64,000 nt of DNA from Dehalococcoidia bacterium (GTDB lineage: Bacteria; Chloroflexota; Dehalococcoidia; UBA2979). Location of the stretch: assembly GCA_029246995.1 (NCBI GenBank), contig JAQWMB010000027.1, positions 40,922 through 104,921 on the forward strand, given 5' to 3'. Position 1 is the first letter of the stretch. The number at the start of each line of letters is the position of its first letter. A program made the position numbers and the translations under genes. Below the pieces are notes generated by a model. That model was not told the DNA's origin and did not search any database. It saw only the letters and a list, made by a program, of their open reading frames with translations. Positions 28,651 through 39,260 of this stretch are shown piece after piece.

Positions 28651-29490
28651 TTGCTTGAAGATCAACAAGCAGATTTTTTCAATACCATTAAGCAGGTGCA
28701 TCAAAATCAAATAGATTTTGATATAAACTTGGAAGCTTTTCAAGGACCATTAAATTTGCTTTTGTATGTGATAGAAAAAAATGAAATCAGCATTTTAGAT
28801 ATACCAATTATTGGTATTATTAAAGAGTATTTAATTTACTTAGATAAAAAAGAATTAACTGATATTAAGGAGTTAAGTAGTTTTTTACTCATATGCTCCA
28901 GATTAATGCTTATTAAATCTAGAAATTTATTGCCAAATGATTTAGTTCAAGAATTTAGCAATGAAGAAAATTTTGAATCTGAGAATAGCTTTAATGAACT
29001 AACCGATGCTTTGAGTGAAATTAAAAATTATCAAGATATTATTCATGAACTTAAGGAGCTTGAAAGTATTGGGCATTCCTATCATAGGGAACACATATAT
29101 AAATATGAAAAAATTACTAACTTTGAAGATTCTTTAGAAGGAGTTTCATTAGAAGCTTTATCTGAACTTTTTAATAAAGCAATTGTAAAAATTAATGAAA
29201 ATAATCAGGGCTCTAATCATTCCATGGGCTTGAGTGAAAAAGTTTCGTTTAATCAACGAATGATTTTTTTCACTAAACGTTTAAATATAGAGAGGTCTGT
29301 GAATTTTTTCGAGTATATTTCTGAAGCATCTTCTTTAGAACAAATTATAGTCGATTTTTTATGTATTTTAACTTTAATTAAAGTTGGTTATATAAAAGTT
29401 CAACAAGATAATAAATTCGGTCCTATATCTATTAATAAATCAAGTAATGTCAATGAGGATATTCTTGCTTCAATAATGAACGAGTTTTAG
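28651..29490 (+). CDS. scpA: segregation and condensation protein A (kleisin)
   Basis: FQGPLNLLLYVIEKNEISILDIPI is the ScpA N-terminal signature. TTG start. No scpB follows. Confidence 0.85.
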   Translation: MLEDQQADFFNTIKQVHQNQIDFDINLEAFQGPLNLLLYVIEKNEISILDIPIIGIIKEYLIYLDKKELTDIKELSSFLLICSRLMLIKSRNLLPNDLVQEFSNEENFESENSFNELTDALSEIKNYQDIIHELKELESIGHSYHREHIYKYEKITNFEDSLEGVSLEALSELFNKAIVKINENNQGSNHSMGLSEKVSFNQRMIFFTKRLNIERSVNFFEYISEASSLEQIIVDFLCILTLIKVGYIKVQQDNKFGPISINKSSNVNEDILASIMNEF

Positions 29491-29513
29491 TAATTTATGA
29501 GAGGAATATAGAA

Positions 29514-30434
29514 TTGGATGATTTGTCATTAAAACATTATGGTAATCAAATTGGTGAATGTGCAATTACCATAGGAGTATTTGATGGAGTTCATCTTGGT
29601 CATTCATTTTTAATTAATCAATTAATCCAACAAGCTCAATTGCTAAATTTAAAGCATGGGGTCATTACTTTTGAACCTCATCCGATAAAAATTATTAATC
29701 CTAAGGCAGATTTTTCATATATACAAAAAATAGAGGAAAAAGTCCAAGAGTTAAGTAATATAGGAGTAGACTTCATTAGTATATTACAATTCGATCGACA
29801 AATAAGCGAAATGACAGGCCATCAATTTTTTAAAAAATTGAAAGAGCACATTGATTTTAAGCTTTTATTAGTGGGTGAAGATTTTAAATTAGGTAAAAAT
29901 AGAGAAGCTGGTATTCAAGTCATTGAAGAGATTTCTAAGGAGCTTAATTTTAAAATGCAGACAATCCCTTTACAGAATGATGATGCTTTTATTGCTGTAT
30001 CTTCTACTAAGATTAGAAAATTTTTAAAAGATGGCAATATTGTACTCGCTAATAATAATTTAGGCAGGTTATTTTCAATTACAGATATTGTAAAACAAGG
30101 CGATCAGCGCGGGCGACAATTAGGTTTTCCAACTATTAATTTTGACTTAACAAATGATTACATCATTCCTAAAAAAGGAGTTTATGCAACGTTTACAAAA
30201 ATAGATGATAAAAAATATAAATCAATAACCAATATTGGCATTAGGCCAACATTTGGTAAGACTGATGTACTGGCAGAAACACATGTATTTGATTATAATG
30301 GAGATGCATACAGTAGCGCTGTTACAATATTTTTTGTTGATTTTATAAGAAATGAAGTTCATTTTAATAATGAAAGTGAATTGATGAATCAAATTAATCA
30401 AGATATCATAATTGCAAAAAAAATTTTAAGTTAA
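29514..30434 (+). CDS. ribF: bifunctional riboflavin kinase / FMN adenylyltransferase
   Basis: GVFDGVHLGH (adenylyltransferase) and GDQRGRQLGFPTINF (kinase) motifs. TTG start after GAGAGGAA. Confidence 0.93.
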   Translation: MDDLSLKHYGNQIGECAITIGVFDGVHLGHSFLINQLIQQAQLLNLKHGVITFEPHPIKIINPKADFSYIQKIEEKVQELSNIGVDFISILQFDRQISEMTGHQFFKKLKEHIDFKLLLVGEDFKLGKNREAGIQVIEEISKELNFKMQTIPLQNDDAFIAVSSTKIRKFLKDGNIVLANNNLGRLFSITDIVKQGDQRGRQLGFPTINFDLTNDYIIPKKGVYATFTKIDDKKYKSITNIGIRPTFGKTDVLAETHVFDYNGDAYSSAVTIFFVDFIRNEVHFNNESELMNQINQDIIIAKKILS

Positions 30435-30446
30435 GAGAGCCATCAA

Positions 30447-31673
30447 TTGAATATTAAAGAACAGTTACAAATTTTAATGCAGAATACTGATTACGGTGAT
30501 GCCACTCTTAAATCTAATATGCAAAAAGAATTAGAAAAAAAACTTTTGGAGAAAAGGCCCTTAAATATTTATTGTGGCTATGATCCCACTGCAGTTGATT
30601 TAACTTTAGGTCATATTATTACAATGCGTAAACTTAGAGATTTTCAGCAATTAGGACATAATGTGACTTTTTTAATTGGTGGTTTTACAGGACTAATTGG
30701 TGACCCATCTGATAAGGATAAAAAAAGACCTATGTTAACAAAAGAGCAGTTAGAAAATAATGCAAAAGAGTATACTAGGCAAGCATACAAAATTCTTGAC
30801 CCAAGCTTAACAACAATTAGGTCAAATGATGAATGGCTAGAAAAGATTTCTTCTAAAGAATTTATACAGCTGTGCTCACATTTTACAGTTGCACAATTTT
30901 TAGAAAGAGATAATTTTTCTAAAAGATGGAATGCTAATGATCCTATATATTTATCAGAATTTTTGTATGCTTTGATGCAGGGGTATGATGCAGTACAATT
31001 GAAAGCAGATGTTCAAATTGGAGGGAGCGATCAACTCTTCAATTTAATGGCAGGTAGAATTTTACAAAGAGAATTTAATCAGTCACCACAAGTTATTATT
31101 ACTTTACCAATTCTTGTTGGTACTGATGGTAAATTGCGCATGTCTAAGAGTACAGGTAATTTTATTGGTTTGGACGAAGAACCAAATGAAATGTTTGGTA
31201 AAATTATGTCTATTCCAGATAGTGCAGTCAAAAGTTATTTTAATTTGCTTACTAATATTTCTGATGATGAATTAGATAGCCTTTTTAAAATGGTTAATAA
31301 TTCAGAGATGCAAAAAATTGATATAAAGAAAAAACTTGCTGAGTATGTAATTACTGAAATCTTTTCAATGATTGAAGCACATCAAGCAAAAGAATATTTT
31401 GAAAATACATTCCAAAAAAGAAACACTCCATCTGAAATGGTTGAATATAGCATTAATGATAATAAGCCTGAAGATATGAAATTGTCTAAGATTCTCCATA
31501 TGGCAGAATTACCTAATGGTGAAAAATTTGCTAAAAGTCTGAGTGAAGTAAGAAGATTAATAGATCAGAATGCAATCAGTATTAATGGCAATAAAATAAG
31601 TGAAGATACATTACTTAATTCTGGAGATGAAGTGAGAGTTGGTCGTTTTAAATTCTTAAGAATTGTTGATTAA
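30447..31673 (+). CDS. tyrS: tyrosine--tRNA ligase
   Basis: HIGH-type LTLGH, KMSKS-type RMSKS, C-terminal S4-like domain. TTG start. Confidence 0.93.
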   Translation: MNIKEQLQILMQNTDYGDATLKSNMQKELEKKLLEKRPLNIYCGYDPTAVDLTLGHIITMRKLRDFQQLGHNVTFLIGGFTGLIGDPSDKDKKRPMLTKEQLENNAKEYTRQAYKILDPSLTTIRSNDEWLEKISSKEFIQLCSHFTVAQFLERDNFSKRWNANDPIYLSEFLYALMQGYDAVQLKADVQIGGSDQLFNLMAGRILQREFNQSPQVIITLPILVGTDGKLRMSKSTGNFIGLDEEPNEMFGKIMSIPDSAVKSYFNLLTNISDDELDSLFKMVNNSEMQKIDIKKKLAEYVITEIFSMIEAHQAKEYFENTFQKRNTPSEMVEYSINDNKPEDMKLSKILHMAELPNGEKFAKSLSEVRRLIDQNAISINGNKISEDTLLNSGDEVRVGRFKFLRIVD

Positions 31674-32914
31674 ATACTATATTTTTTGAGAATTAGAACA
31701 GCATTATGACCACCAAAACCGAATGAGTTAGACATTGCATATTCAATTTGTACTTTTCTTTTACCATCAGTCACATAGTCTAAATCACATTCTGGATCTC
31801 TATCAGATAAATTAATTGTAGGATGAATAGTTTGCTCTTTAATGCTCATTGCTGTAACTGCTGCTTCTATAGCTCCTGCGGCACCTAATGTGTGCCCAAT
31901 CATTGACTTTGTTGAACTGATAGGTATTTCATATGCTTTATTTTGAAAAACATTTTTTATTGCTTTTGTCTCAGTCTTATCATTTAAATTTGTACTCGTT
32001 CCATGCGCATTGATATAGTTGATATCACTTGCATTTATACGAGCTTTTTTTAGTGCACCATTCATAGCTTTAATTGCCCCTTCACCCATACTTGATGGTT
32101 GTGTTATATGAAATGCATCAGATGTTTGTTTGTAAGCTGCAATTTCAGCAATAATAGTAGCTTTTCTATTCCTTGCATGTGATTCCTCTTCTAAAATGAG
32201 TGTTGCCGCTCCTTCAGCAAGAACAAATCCATCTCTATGTTTATCAAATGGTCGTGAGGCAAGTTGAGGATTTTCATTGTGTTTTGTTGATAAGGTTCTT
32301 GAAGCTCTAAATGCAGATAAGCCCAGCCTTGTAATTGTAGATTCTGTACCACCAGCTATCATTGCAATTGCATCACCTCTTTTAATAATTTCATATGCAG
32401 AACCCACTGCATCTGTACCTGAGGCACATGCAGAAACTGTATCATAACTTGGCCCTTTGGCACCCATTTTGATTGAAACTTGTCCAGCGGCCATATCTGA
32501 TATATACATTGGAACCAAAAATGGTGATATTCTTTGTGGTCCTTTATTTCTTAATACATCAAATTGTTCTTCTAAAGTTGTTAATCCACCTATTCCGCAA
32601 CCGATAATGACTCCTGTATCATCTGGGATATCACTAATTTTTAACTGAGCATCTTCGATGGCTTGTTCAGAAGCAATTAATGATAATTGTGTAAATCTAT
32701 CCATTCTTTTTTGTTCTTTTATGTCTAGATAATCGGCACTTTGAAACTTGACTTCACCTGCAATTTTTACATCAAGATCTGAGGTATCACAGAGACTAAC
32801 TTTTGTAATTCCACTCATTCCTGCAAGTAATTTTTCAAACGTATCCACCGCAGAATTACCCAAAGGTGTCATCATGCCTACGCCAGTGATTACAACACGA
32901 TTATTATTTGTCAT
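31670..32914 (-). CDS. fabF: beta-ketoacyl-ACP synthase II (copy 2)
   Basis: Cys-His-His triad contexts SACASG, NAHGTST and GHTLGAAG. ATG 32914 follows GGAG; the GTG at 32920 is the alternative. Confidence 0.92.
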   Translation of the reverse strand: MTNNNRVVITGVGMMTPLGNSAVDTFEKLLAGMSGITKVSLCDTSDLDVKIAGEVKFQSADYLDIKEQKRMDRFTQLSLIASEQAIEDAQLKISDIPDDTGVIIGCGIGGLTTLEEQFDVLRNKGPQRISPFLVPMYISDMAAGQVSIKMGAKGPSYDTVSACASGTDAVGSAYEIIKRGDAIAMIAGGTESTITRLGLSAFRASRTLSTKHNENPQLASRPFDKHRDGFVLAEGAATLILEEESHARNRKATIIAEIAAYKQTSDAFHITQPSSMGEGAIKAMNGALKKARINASDINYINAHGTSTNLNDKTETKAIKNVFQNKAYEIPISSTKSMIGHTLGAAGAIEAAVTAMSIKEQTIHPTINLSDRDPECDLDYVTDGKRKVQIEYAMSNSFGFGGHNAVLILKKYSI

Positions 32915-34151
32915 TTTCACTCCATTTTTTTAAAATGATTGCTGCATTATGTCCACCAAGACCAACGGATGTGCTCATTGCATAGTTTATATTGATTGCA
33001 CGTGCAATTCCGGGTACATAATCTAGATCACAATCTGGATCATGTTTATTTAAATTTATTGTTGGCGGTATAATTTGTTCCTTGCATGCTAGGGCAATAA
33101 TTGCTGTCTCTGCAGCACCAGTTGCACCCATCATATGGCCAATCATTGATTTTGTTGAAGAGATAGCAAGTTTACTCGCATGTTGATTAAAAATTGTCTT
33201 AATAGCAATTGTCTCTACTTTATCATTAATTGGGGTACCAGAACCATGAGCATTGATGTAATTAATTTCTGATGGTTTAATATTACTTTTTTCTAGTGCA
33301 CGTTTCATTGCAAGCGTAATTCCTCTACCTTTTTCATGTGGGGTTGCCATATCAAATCCATCAGCTGCATTTGCCGATCCAACAACTTCAGCATAAATTT
33401 TTGCTTTACGTTTTAATGCACTATCTAATTCTTCAAGTACTAAAATAGTAGCACCTTCTGATAAAGTGAAGCCATTTCTTTCTATATCAAAAGGCTTACA
33501 AGCCTCTTTCGGATTTTCATGTATTGCAAGAGCTTTCATTGCCTGAAATGCTGCTAGATAAATAGGGTGCATTGATGCCTCGAATCCTCCAGTTATCATT
33601 GTATTTGCATCTCCTCTTTTAATTATTTCATAAGCTTCACCAATAACTGTACCTCCTGTAGCACATGCAGCAGTAATTGCTAAGTTTGGGCCAAATGCTC
33701 CTAGTTCGATCGAAAGCAGCCCGCTTGCTGTGTCAGGAAGCATATGAGTTATTAAAAATGGAGATACACGTCTAGGTCCTTTAGTACGTAATTTGTTATC
33801 ATTTTCAAGAAGTAAATGAGCACCACCTATGCCAGTTCCAAGAGCTATTCCAGTATTTTCAGCATCTGATAAGGGGATTGTTAAATTAGCATCTTCGATG
33901 GCTTGTCTGGCTGCCGCAATGGCGAGAATCGAAGATCTGTCCAATCTTCTGAGTTTTTTTTCATCTACATGGTCTCCTGATTTGAAATTTTTTAATTCAC
34001 CGCCATATTTACATTCAAACTTGCTTGTATCAAATGACTCAATATAATCTATTCCACTTTTCCCATTGATTAAAAATTCCCATGTATCTTCTGTACTATT
34101 TGCTAGAGGCGTAAGCATACCTATTCCAGTTATGACAACACGCTTATCCAT
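32904..34151 (-). CDS. fabF: beta-ketoacyl-ACP synthase II (copy 1)
   Basis: Triad contexts AACATG, NAHGSGT and GHMMGATG. TAATG overlap with fabD. Confidence 0.92.
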   Translation of the reverse strand: MDKRVVITGIGMLTPLANSTEDTWEFLINGKSGIDYIESFDTSKFECKYGGELKNFKSGDHVDEKKLRRLDRSSILAIAAARQAIEDANLTIPLSDAENTGIALGTGIGGAHLLLENDNKLRTKGPRRVSPFLITHMLPDTASGLLSIELGAFGPNLAITAACATGGTVIGEAYEIIKRGDANTMITGGFEASMHPIYLAAFQAMKALAIHENPKEACKPFDIERNGFTLSEGATILVLEELDSALKRKAKIYAEVVGSANAADGFDMATPHEKGRGITLAMKRALEKSNIKPSEINYINAHGSGTPINDKVETIAIKTIFNQHASKLAISSTKSMIGHMMGATGAAETAIIALACKEQIIPPTINLNKHDPDCDLDYVPGIARAININYAMSTSVGLGGHNAAIILKKWSENDK

Positions 34152-35131
34152 TAAATATTTCCTTTCATATTTAAAAGATTTGTAAAAGGAATTGGTTCAT
34201 TGATCTCTTTTGCAATTGATAGCGTAGTTGCATCAAGGTTGTATCTTTTAACTAATCTTGAGAGCGTATGCCCAGGTCCAATTTCAATAAAATGACTGAT
34301 TTTTTCTAAAGATAGAATTTCCATATTTTTATACCAATAAACAGGCTTATGAATTTGATTTGATAGCTCGTTTTTTATTTTTTCTGCAGAATCTAGCAAC
34401 TTTGATGAGATATTAGATAATATCGGTGTATCTGGATCTACAAAATCGTAATCTCTTAAAAATTCAGCAAATTGGTTCGATTGTTCTTTATGTAGCTCTG
34501 TATGACTCGAGACTTTTAGTTTTAAACTTATGACTTTTGCATGCATATTTTTTGCAATAGTTTCAGCCTGGTGAATTGCTTTTAAATGACCAGAAACTAC
34601 AAATTGATTGCTTAAATTAAGGTTTGCTATATCTACTCTTTCTTTATCTGATTGTGTTGCTTCATTGCAAATTTCAGTCACTTGATTAATATTTAAACCA
34701 ATAATACTTGTCATACCTAGCGGGCTTGTTGAATAATTTTTTTGCATAATATCCGCCCGCTTAGATGCAATTTCTATTCCCTGTGTAAATGTTAAACAAT
34801 TGCTTGCAATCGCAGCTGTTAATAAACCTAATGAATGCCCCGATAATATTGTAGGTAAAATCGCATCTCCTTTTGTCGACATTGCTTCATTTAGAGCATT
34901 CAACAATACTAGTGAGGTAGTTACGATTGCTGGTTGAGTTATTATTGTATTAGTGAGTTCTTCCTCAGTACCTAAAGTGCATAGTTTTAATAAATTAAAA
35001 TTTAAAACTTCATTTGCTTCATCAAAAATTTTTTTCGACGATGGTGATACTTGCAGAACGCGGGTAGCCATGCCTGGTTGCTGTGAACCTTGACCGGGAA
35101 ACATGAATGTTGTTTTAGATTTTGACATCAT
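34151..35131 (-). CDS. fabD: malonyl CoA-ACP transacylase
   Basis: FMFPGQGSQ and GHSLG motifs. Start is ATG 35131 or 35128, or TTG 35140. Confidence 0.92.
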   Translation of the reverse strand: MMSKSKTTFMFPGQGSQQPGMATRVLQVSPSSKKIFDEANEVLNFNLLKLCTLGTEEELTNTIITQPAIVTTSLVLLNALNEAMSTKGDAILPTILSGHSLGLLTAAIASNCLTFTQGIEIASKRADIMQKNYSTSPLGMTSIIGLNINQVTEICNEATQSDKERVDIANLNLSNQFVVSGHLKAIHQAETIAKNMHAKVISLKLKVSSHTELHKEQSNQFAEFLRDYDFVDPDTPILSNISSKLLDSAEKIKNELSNQIHKPVYWYKNMEILSLEKISHFIEIGPGHTLSRLVKRYNLDATTLSIAKEINEPIPFTNLLNMKGNI

Positions 35132-35218
35132 TTTTTCCAAATATATATAATATAGTTTAACTAATTAATTCTATGACTTAATCTATTTATTTAGAGTATC
35201 TCAATAATAATTATTTTA

Positions 35219-36772
35219 TTAAACCTGTTTAGTTGATTGTTTAATAATTTTTGGTAAATATATAAAAAGATCTGATGCTTTTGCAGATATTGAGCCAATA
35301 TCTTTTTCTAATTCCTTACCTGCAAGTGCATGAAAGTGCACTGCAAGAGATACAGCTTCAATTGGATCTAATCCTTGAGTAAGTAAGCCACCGATAAGTC
35401 CAGTTAAGATATCCCCTGTACCAGGAGATGCTAGCGCAGGTAAAGAATAGTTTGATATTTTTAATATATTACTTGAAGCAATTATTGTTCCTGGGCCTTT
35501 TAAAACAATGGTTGCTTCGCTTTGTTTGCTTAGTTGGATTGCACAATTAACTCTATTTCCTTGAACTTTTTTTGTAGGTATTTGCATAATACGCGACATC
35601 TCACCAGGATGTGGAGTCAGTATAAATTTATTAGATAAGGTAAATGGCCACTTTGTCATTTTTGATAAAATATTGAGCCCATCAGCATCAATAACTATCG
35701 GAGGAGAGTTATCTAATTTTTTTAAATATGTAATTATATTACTTATGAAATTAACTGTTTTCTTACTTTGTGATAGACCTGGGCCTATTACTATTGCATC
35801 AAAATTATTTAATTCTTTCAATATTTTAGTAAAATACTTTTCATCTATTTCAGTATTCTGACCAACATCAATGAGAACAATCTCTGGTTTCTTAATAATT
35901 GCTGTCTGTTGCACAAATTTATTCGATAGAAGACTTATAATTCCCGTACCAGCTATTGAAGCAGCTTCACAAGTCATAATTGCAGCACCAGGGTATATTC
36001 TGGAACCAGCTATTACTAATAATTTACCAAAATTGCCTTTATTTTCATCACCATTTCGAATAATTTTTTTGACTGCTGTTTTATCGATTTCAATAGTTTC
36101 GGCATAGTTGGCTTTATTCAAATATTTAGCAATTTGCATGTCTTCAATAATAATTTTTCCAGTCAAAGATGAGGCTGGTTGTTGAGTCATCCCTATTTTC
36201 ATTGCACCAAAGGTTATTGTTAAATCTGCTTTGATTGCTTTTCGTTGTCTCTGTCCATTCTCTGAATCGATACCTGAAGGAATATCGATGGAGATTATAT
36301 AATTTTGATTATTATTGATTTGTTCTATAATTTGATTTGCAATTTTATTTAGGTCTGTTTTTTTTCTATTTATATCCCAGCCAATGCCAAATAATCCATC
36401 AATAACACATTCATGCATTGAGATTAATTTATTCATTTCTACAAAACTTGATTTATCCTCTGGGATAAAGCACTCAATATTATCAATTTGATTCTTTAAG
36501 AATACTTTTAGGTCACTTCTTTTTTTTAGAAGGATGATTGTCATTTTTATGTTCCAGCTAGATAAAATCCTTGCAGCCACTAGTCCATCACTACCATTAT
36601 TACCAGTGCCAATAATGGCAAGAGCCTTGAATTTATTTTCTAAATCTCCATTTATCCATGCTTCTTGTGCAACTATAAGTCCCGCTTGCTCAATAGCCTT
36701 TAGTCGACTACTTTTTTTAGTGAAGGCTTTTTTTTCTGCTTCTTGTATTTCTTTAGGTGTTACTAATTTCAT
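35219..36772 (-). CDS. nnr: bifunctional NAD(P)H-hydrate repair enzyme (epimerase / ADP-dependent dehydratase)
   Basis: YjeF-N motif GTGNNGSDGLVAAR and C-terminal kinase-fold motif GTGDILTGLIGGLL; 517 aa. Confidence 0.9.
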   Translation of the reverse strand: MKLVTPKEIQEAEKKAFTKKSSRLKAIEQAGLIVAQEAWINGDLENKFKALAIIGTGNNGSDGLVAARILSSWNIKMTIILLKKRSDLKVFLKNQIDNIECFIPEDKSSFVEMNKLISMHECVIDGLFGIGWDINRKKTDLNKIANQIIEQINNNQNYIISIDIPSGIDSENGQRQRKAIKADLTITFGAMKIGMTQQPASSLTGKIIIEDMQIAKYLNKANYAETIEIDKTAVKKIIRNGDENKGNFGKLLVIAGSRIYPGAAIMTCEAASIAGTGIISLLSNKFVQQTAIIKKPEIVLIDVGQNTEIDEKYFTKILKELNNFDAIVIGPGLSQSKKTVNFISNIITYLKKLDNSPPIVIDADGLNILSKMTKWPFTLSNKFILTPHPGEMSRIMQIPTKKVQGNRVNCAIQLSKQSEATIVLKGPGTIIASSNILKISNYSLPALASPGTGDILTGLIGGLLTQGLDPIEAVSLAVHFHALAGKELEKDIGSISAKASDLFIYLPKIIKQSTKQV

Positions 36773-36778
36773 TTATAT

Positions 36779-37168
36779 TTAATTTTCTTTATTCGAAATT
36801 CCGACAACAATAGATATTGCTATATGTTGTAAATGAGTTATAGAAATATCAACTGCTTCTAATTGCATTAATTGCGCCCTTTTCTCTGCTTTACCAAAAA
36901 ATTGAATTGTTGGTTTACCACGTTTATTAGCGAGAATTTCAATTTCTTTCCAGTTAATTCCAATGACGCCAGTACCTAGAGCTTTCATTGCAGCTTCTTT
37001 AGCAGAGAACCGCCCTGCGATTTCTTGGATTCTTCCTCTGCATAGTTGAATTTCTTTTTTTGTAAAAACTTTATTCAGGAATCTATCTCCAAATTTTACA
37101 AATACTTTTTCAATACGTTTAACTTCAATTGCGTCTATACCAATTGCATGAATTTTATCTAAGTCCAT
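36779..37168 (-). CDS. acpS: holo-[acyl-carrier-protein] synthase
   Basis: GIDAIEVKRIE, FSAKEAAMKALG motifs; 129 aa. Confidence 0.92.
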   Translation of the reverse strand: MDLDKIHAIGIDAIEVKRIEKVFVKFGDRFLNKVFTKKEIQLCRGRIQEIAGRFSAKEAAMKALGTGVIGINWKEIEILANKRGKPTIQFFGKAEKRAQLMQLEAVDISITHLQHIAISIVVGISNKEN

Positions 37169-37252
37169 TTTCTATTTCCGTAAACTTTATTAGTAGTATT
37201 ATGTATTTATACTTTTAGTATAATATTATTTATTAATTGAGGGTCTTTATTT

Positions 37253-38137
37253 ATGGAAACTAAACTAATTAATGGTAAAGCTATTGCTAAGATAATTCGT
37301 CAAGAAATTGCAAATGAAGTCGATCTTTTTATTCAAAATGGTCATGTAGCTCCGCATTTGTCTGCAGTGATCGTTGGTGATGATGCTGCTTCACAAGTTT
37401 ATGTACGTAATAAAGGTAGAGCATGTGAATCTGTTGGTATGACCCATAATACTATTCAGCTTGATAAGGATATTTCTTCTAAGGAACTTATTTCTGTAAT
37501 TCAATCATTAAATAATGATATGGGTGTCAGTGGCATTCTTGTACAGTTGCCATTACCAAATACAATAGATGTTTCTGAAATTTTATCTACGATTGATATC
37601 AATAAAGACGTGGATGGTCTGTCAAATAATAGCTTAGGGGCCCTGTTAAAGGGCGAACCACATTTTGTACCAGCAACTCCGCTTGGAATTAGAGAGCTGT
37701 TAATTCGTTCTGATATTATTATACCTGGGAAGCATGTTGTTGTTGTCGGTCGTTCAATGCTTGTAGGTAAACCAATTTCTGCATTGTTATCAATGAAATC
37801 AAAGATAGGCGATGCTACGGTAACGCTTGCGCATAGTGCGACTCTAGACTTAAAAAAAATTACTAAGCTAGCAGATATTTTAATCATAGCTGCTGGTATT
37901 CCAAATTTAATAGATGGGTCTATGATTAAGGATGGAGCAGTTGTTGTAGATGTAGGAATAAATAGAATAGATGATAATTCTGAAAAAGGATACAAGTTGG
38001 TTGGTGATGTAGATTTGGACTCTATTGTTTCTATTGCAAGCCTAGCAACACCTGTGCCTGGTGGCGTTGGGCCTATGACAATTGCTATGGTTGTAAGCAA
38101 TACTTTGAAAGCCGCCAAGACATTACAATCTGTATAA
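37253..38137 (+). CDS. folD: bifunctional methylenetetrahydrofolate dehydrogenase / methenyl-THF cyclohydrolase
   Basis: VGDDAASQVYVRNK, QLPLP, VVVGRSMLVGKP, PVPGGVGPMT motifs. Confidence 0.96.
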   Translation: METKLINGKAIAKIIRQEIANEVDLFIQNGHVAPHLSAVIVGDDAASQVYVRNKGRACESVGMTHNTIQLDKDISSKELISVIQSLNNDMGVSGILVQLPLPNTIDVSEILSTIDINKDVDGLSNNSLGALLKGEPHFVPATPLGIRELLIRSDIIIPGKHVVVVGRSMLVGKPISALLSMKSKIGDATVTLAHSATLDLKKITKLADILIIAAGIPNLIDGSMIKDGAVVVDVGINRIDDNSEKGYKLVGDVDLDSIVSIASLATPVPGGVGPMTIAMVVSNTLKAAKTLQSV

Positions 38138-38150
38138 GTTGGGATAAAAA

Positions 38151-39249
38151 ATGGATGAATTAAAAAATCATTATTACGAAATCAGTAATCTCTTTAATAA
38201 AATTTTGGAGAGTCTTTGACGTTGAAAATAAAAAAATTTTACTGAAAGATTTATTAAAAACTTCATCGATGCATAATTTTTGGAATAATCAAGAATTTGC
38301 AAGAACTACCATGCAAGAAATTAATACAATAGAAATTCTAGTCAATAAAGTCGACGAGCTCATAAATCTTTCTGCTGATATTCATAGTGCGTTTGAGCTT
38401 ATTGATGGCTCTGTTGATAATAATGAAATGCTATTTCAAGAAGTTCAGGATATGATTAAAACTTATGAATCTGAAGTAGATAAGTTGCAATTAACAATAG
38501 TATTTCAAGATGTCTATGATTATAACAATGCTTTAGTTTCTTTACATTCTGGGGCAGGTGGAACTGAAGCTCAGGATTGGGCTGAAATGTTATTGCGTAT
38601 GTATCTTAGGTGGGCAAATAATAACAATTTCATTACAGAAATACTTTCTATTAATGCTAGCGATGAAGCAGGTATTAAATCTGTTCAGTTTTCAGTAAGG
38701 GGTGAAAAAGCATACGGTTTGTTAAAAGCTGAAAAAGGTGTACATCGCTTAGTGAGGATCTCGCCTTTTGATGCTTCTCATTCAAGACATACAAGCTTTG
38801 CACTTGTTGAAGTTATGCCTGAAGCTAATAGTGATGAAGATGAAATGATAATTAATCAAGATGATTTACGGATTGATACTTATCGTGCTTCTGGGCATGG
38901 TGGGCAAAGTGTTCAGAAGAATGATACTGCTGTGAGAATCACCCATTTACCAAGTGGTATTGTCGTAACATGTCAAAATGAACGCTCTCAAGCAAGAAAT
39001 CGTGAAACTGCCTTAATGGTTTTGAAATCTCGTTTATTGAAAATACAATTAGAGGAAAAAGAAAAAGCAATGTTAGAAGAACGTGGCGAACATGTTGTAG
39101 CAGGGTGGGGGAATCAAATACGTTCGTATGTTTTACATCCATATAAGCTTGTTAAAGATATGCGTACAGAGCATGAAACATCTAATGTTCAAGCAGTACT
39201 TGATGGAGATATTGATGAATTTATTAAATTATATCTATTAAAAAAATAA
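38151..39249 (+). CDS. prfB: peptide chain release factor 2, requires programmed +1 ribosomal frameshift at 38214-38220
   Basis: Frame-0 ATG 38151 encodes MDELKNHYYEISNLFNKILESL and runs into CTT TGA C. The +1 frame (GAC at 38218) is in phase with ORF 38269..39249. SPF and GGQ motifs are present, and the joined product is about 365 aa. Confidence 0.93.
38207..38220 (+). promoter_or_regulatory. prfB autoregulatory +1 frameshift site (internal SD-like GGAG, 3-nt spacer, CTT TGA C)
   Basis: GGAG AGT CTT TGA C was read directly. The arrangement is the same as the classical E. coli prfB site. Confidence 0.9.
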
Positions 39250-39260
39250 GGAATAAAAAA

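Noticed and set aside
31670-34151. Tandem ketosynthases considered as a type II PKS KS-alpha/KS-beta (chain length factor) pair
   Set aside because: Both copies keep the active-site Cys, whereas a CLF lacks it. The neighbours are fabD and acpS. No cyclase, aromatase or dedicated ACP is nearby.
37501-38118. 205-aa ORF antisense to folD, strikingly long for an AT-rich genome
   Set aside because: It is a shadow ORF. In this phase an antisense stop needs a sense Tyr, His or Gln codon preceded by a T- or C-ending codon, and FolD is poor in those residues. The product is S/T/P/I-rich low complexity, with no SD. The sense strand encodes a fully conserved FolD.
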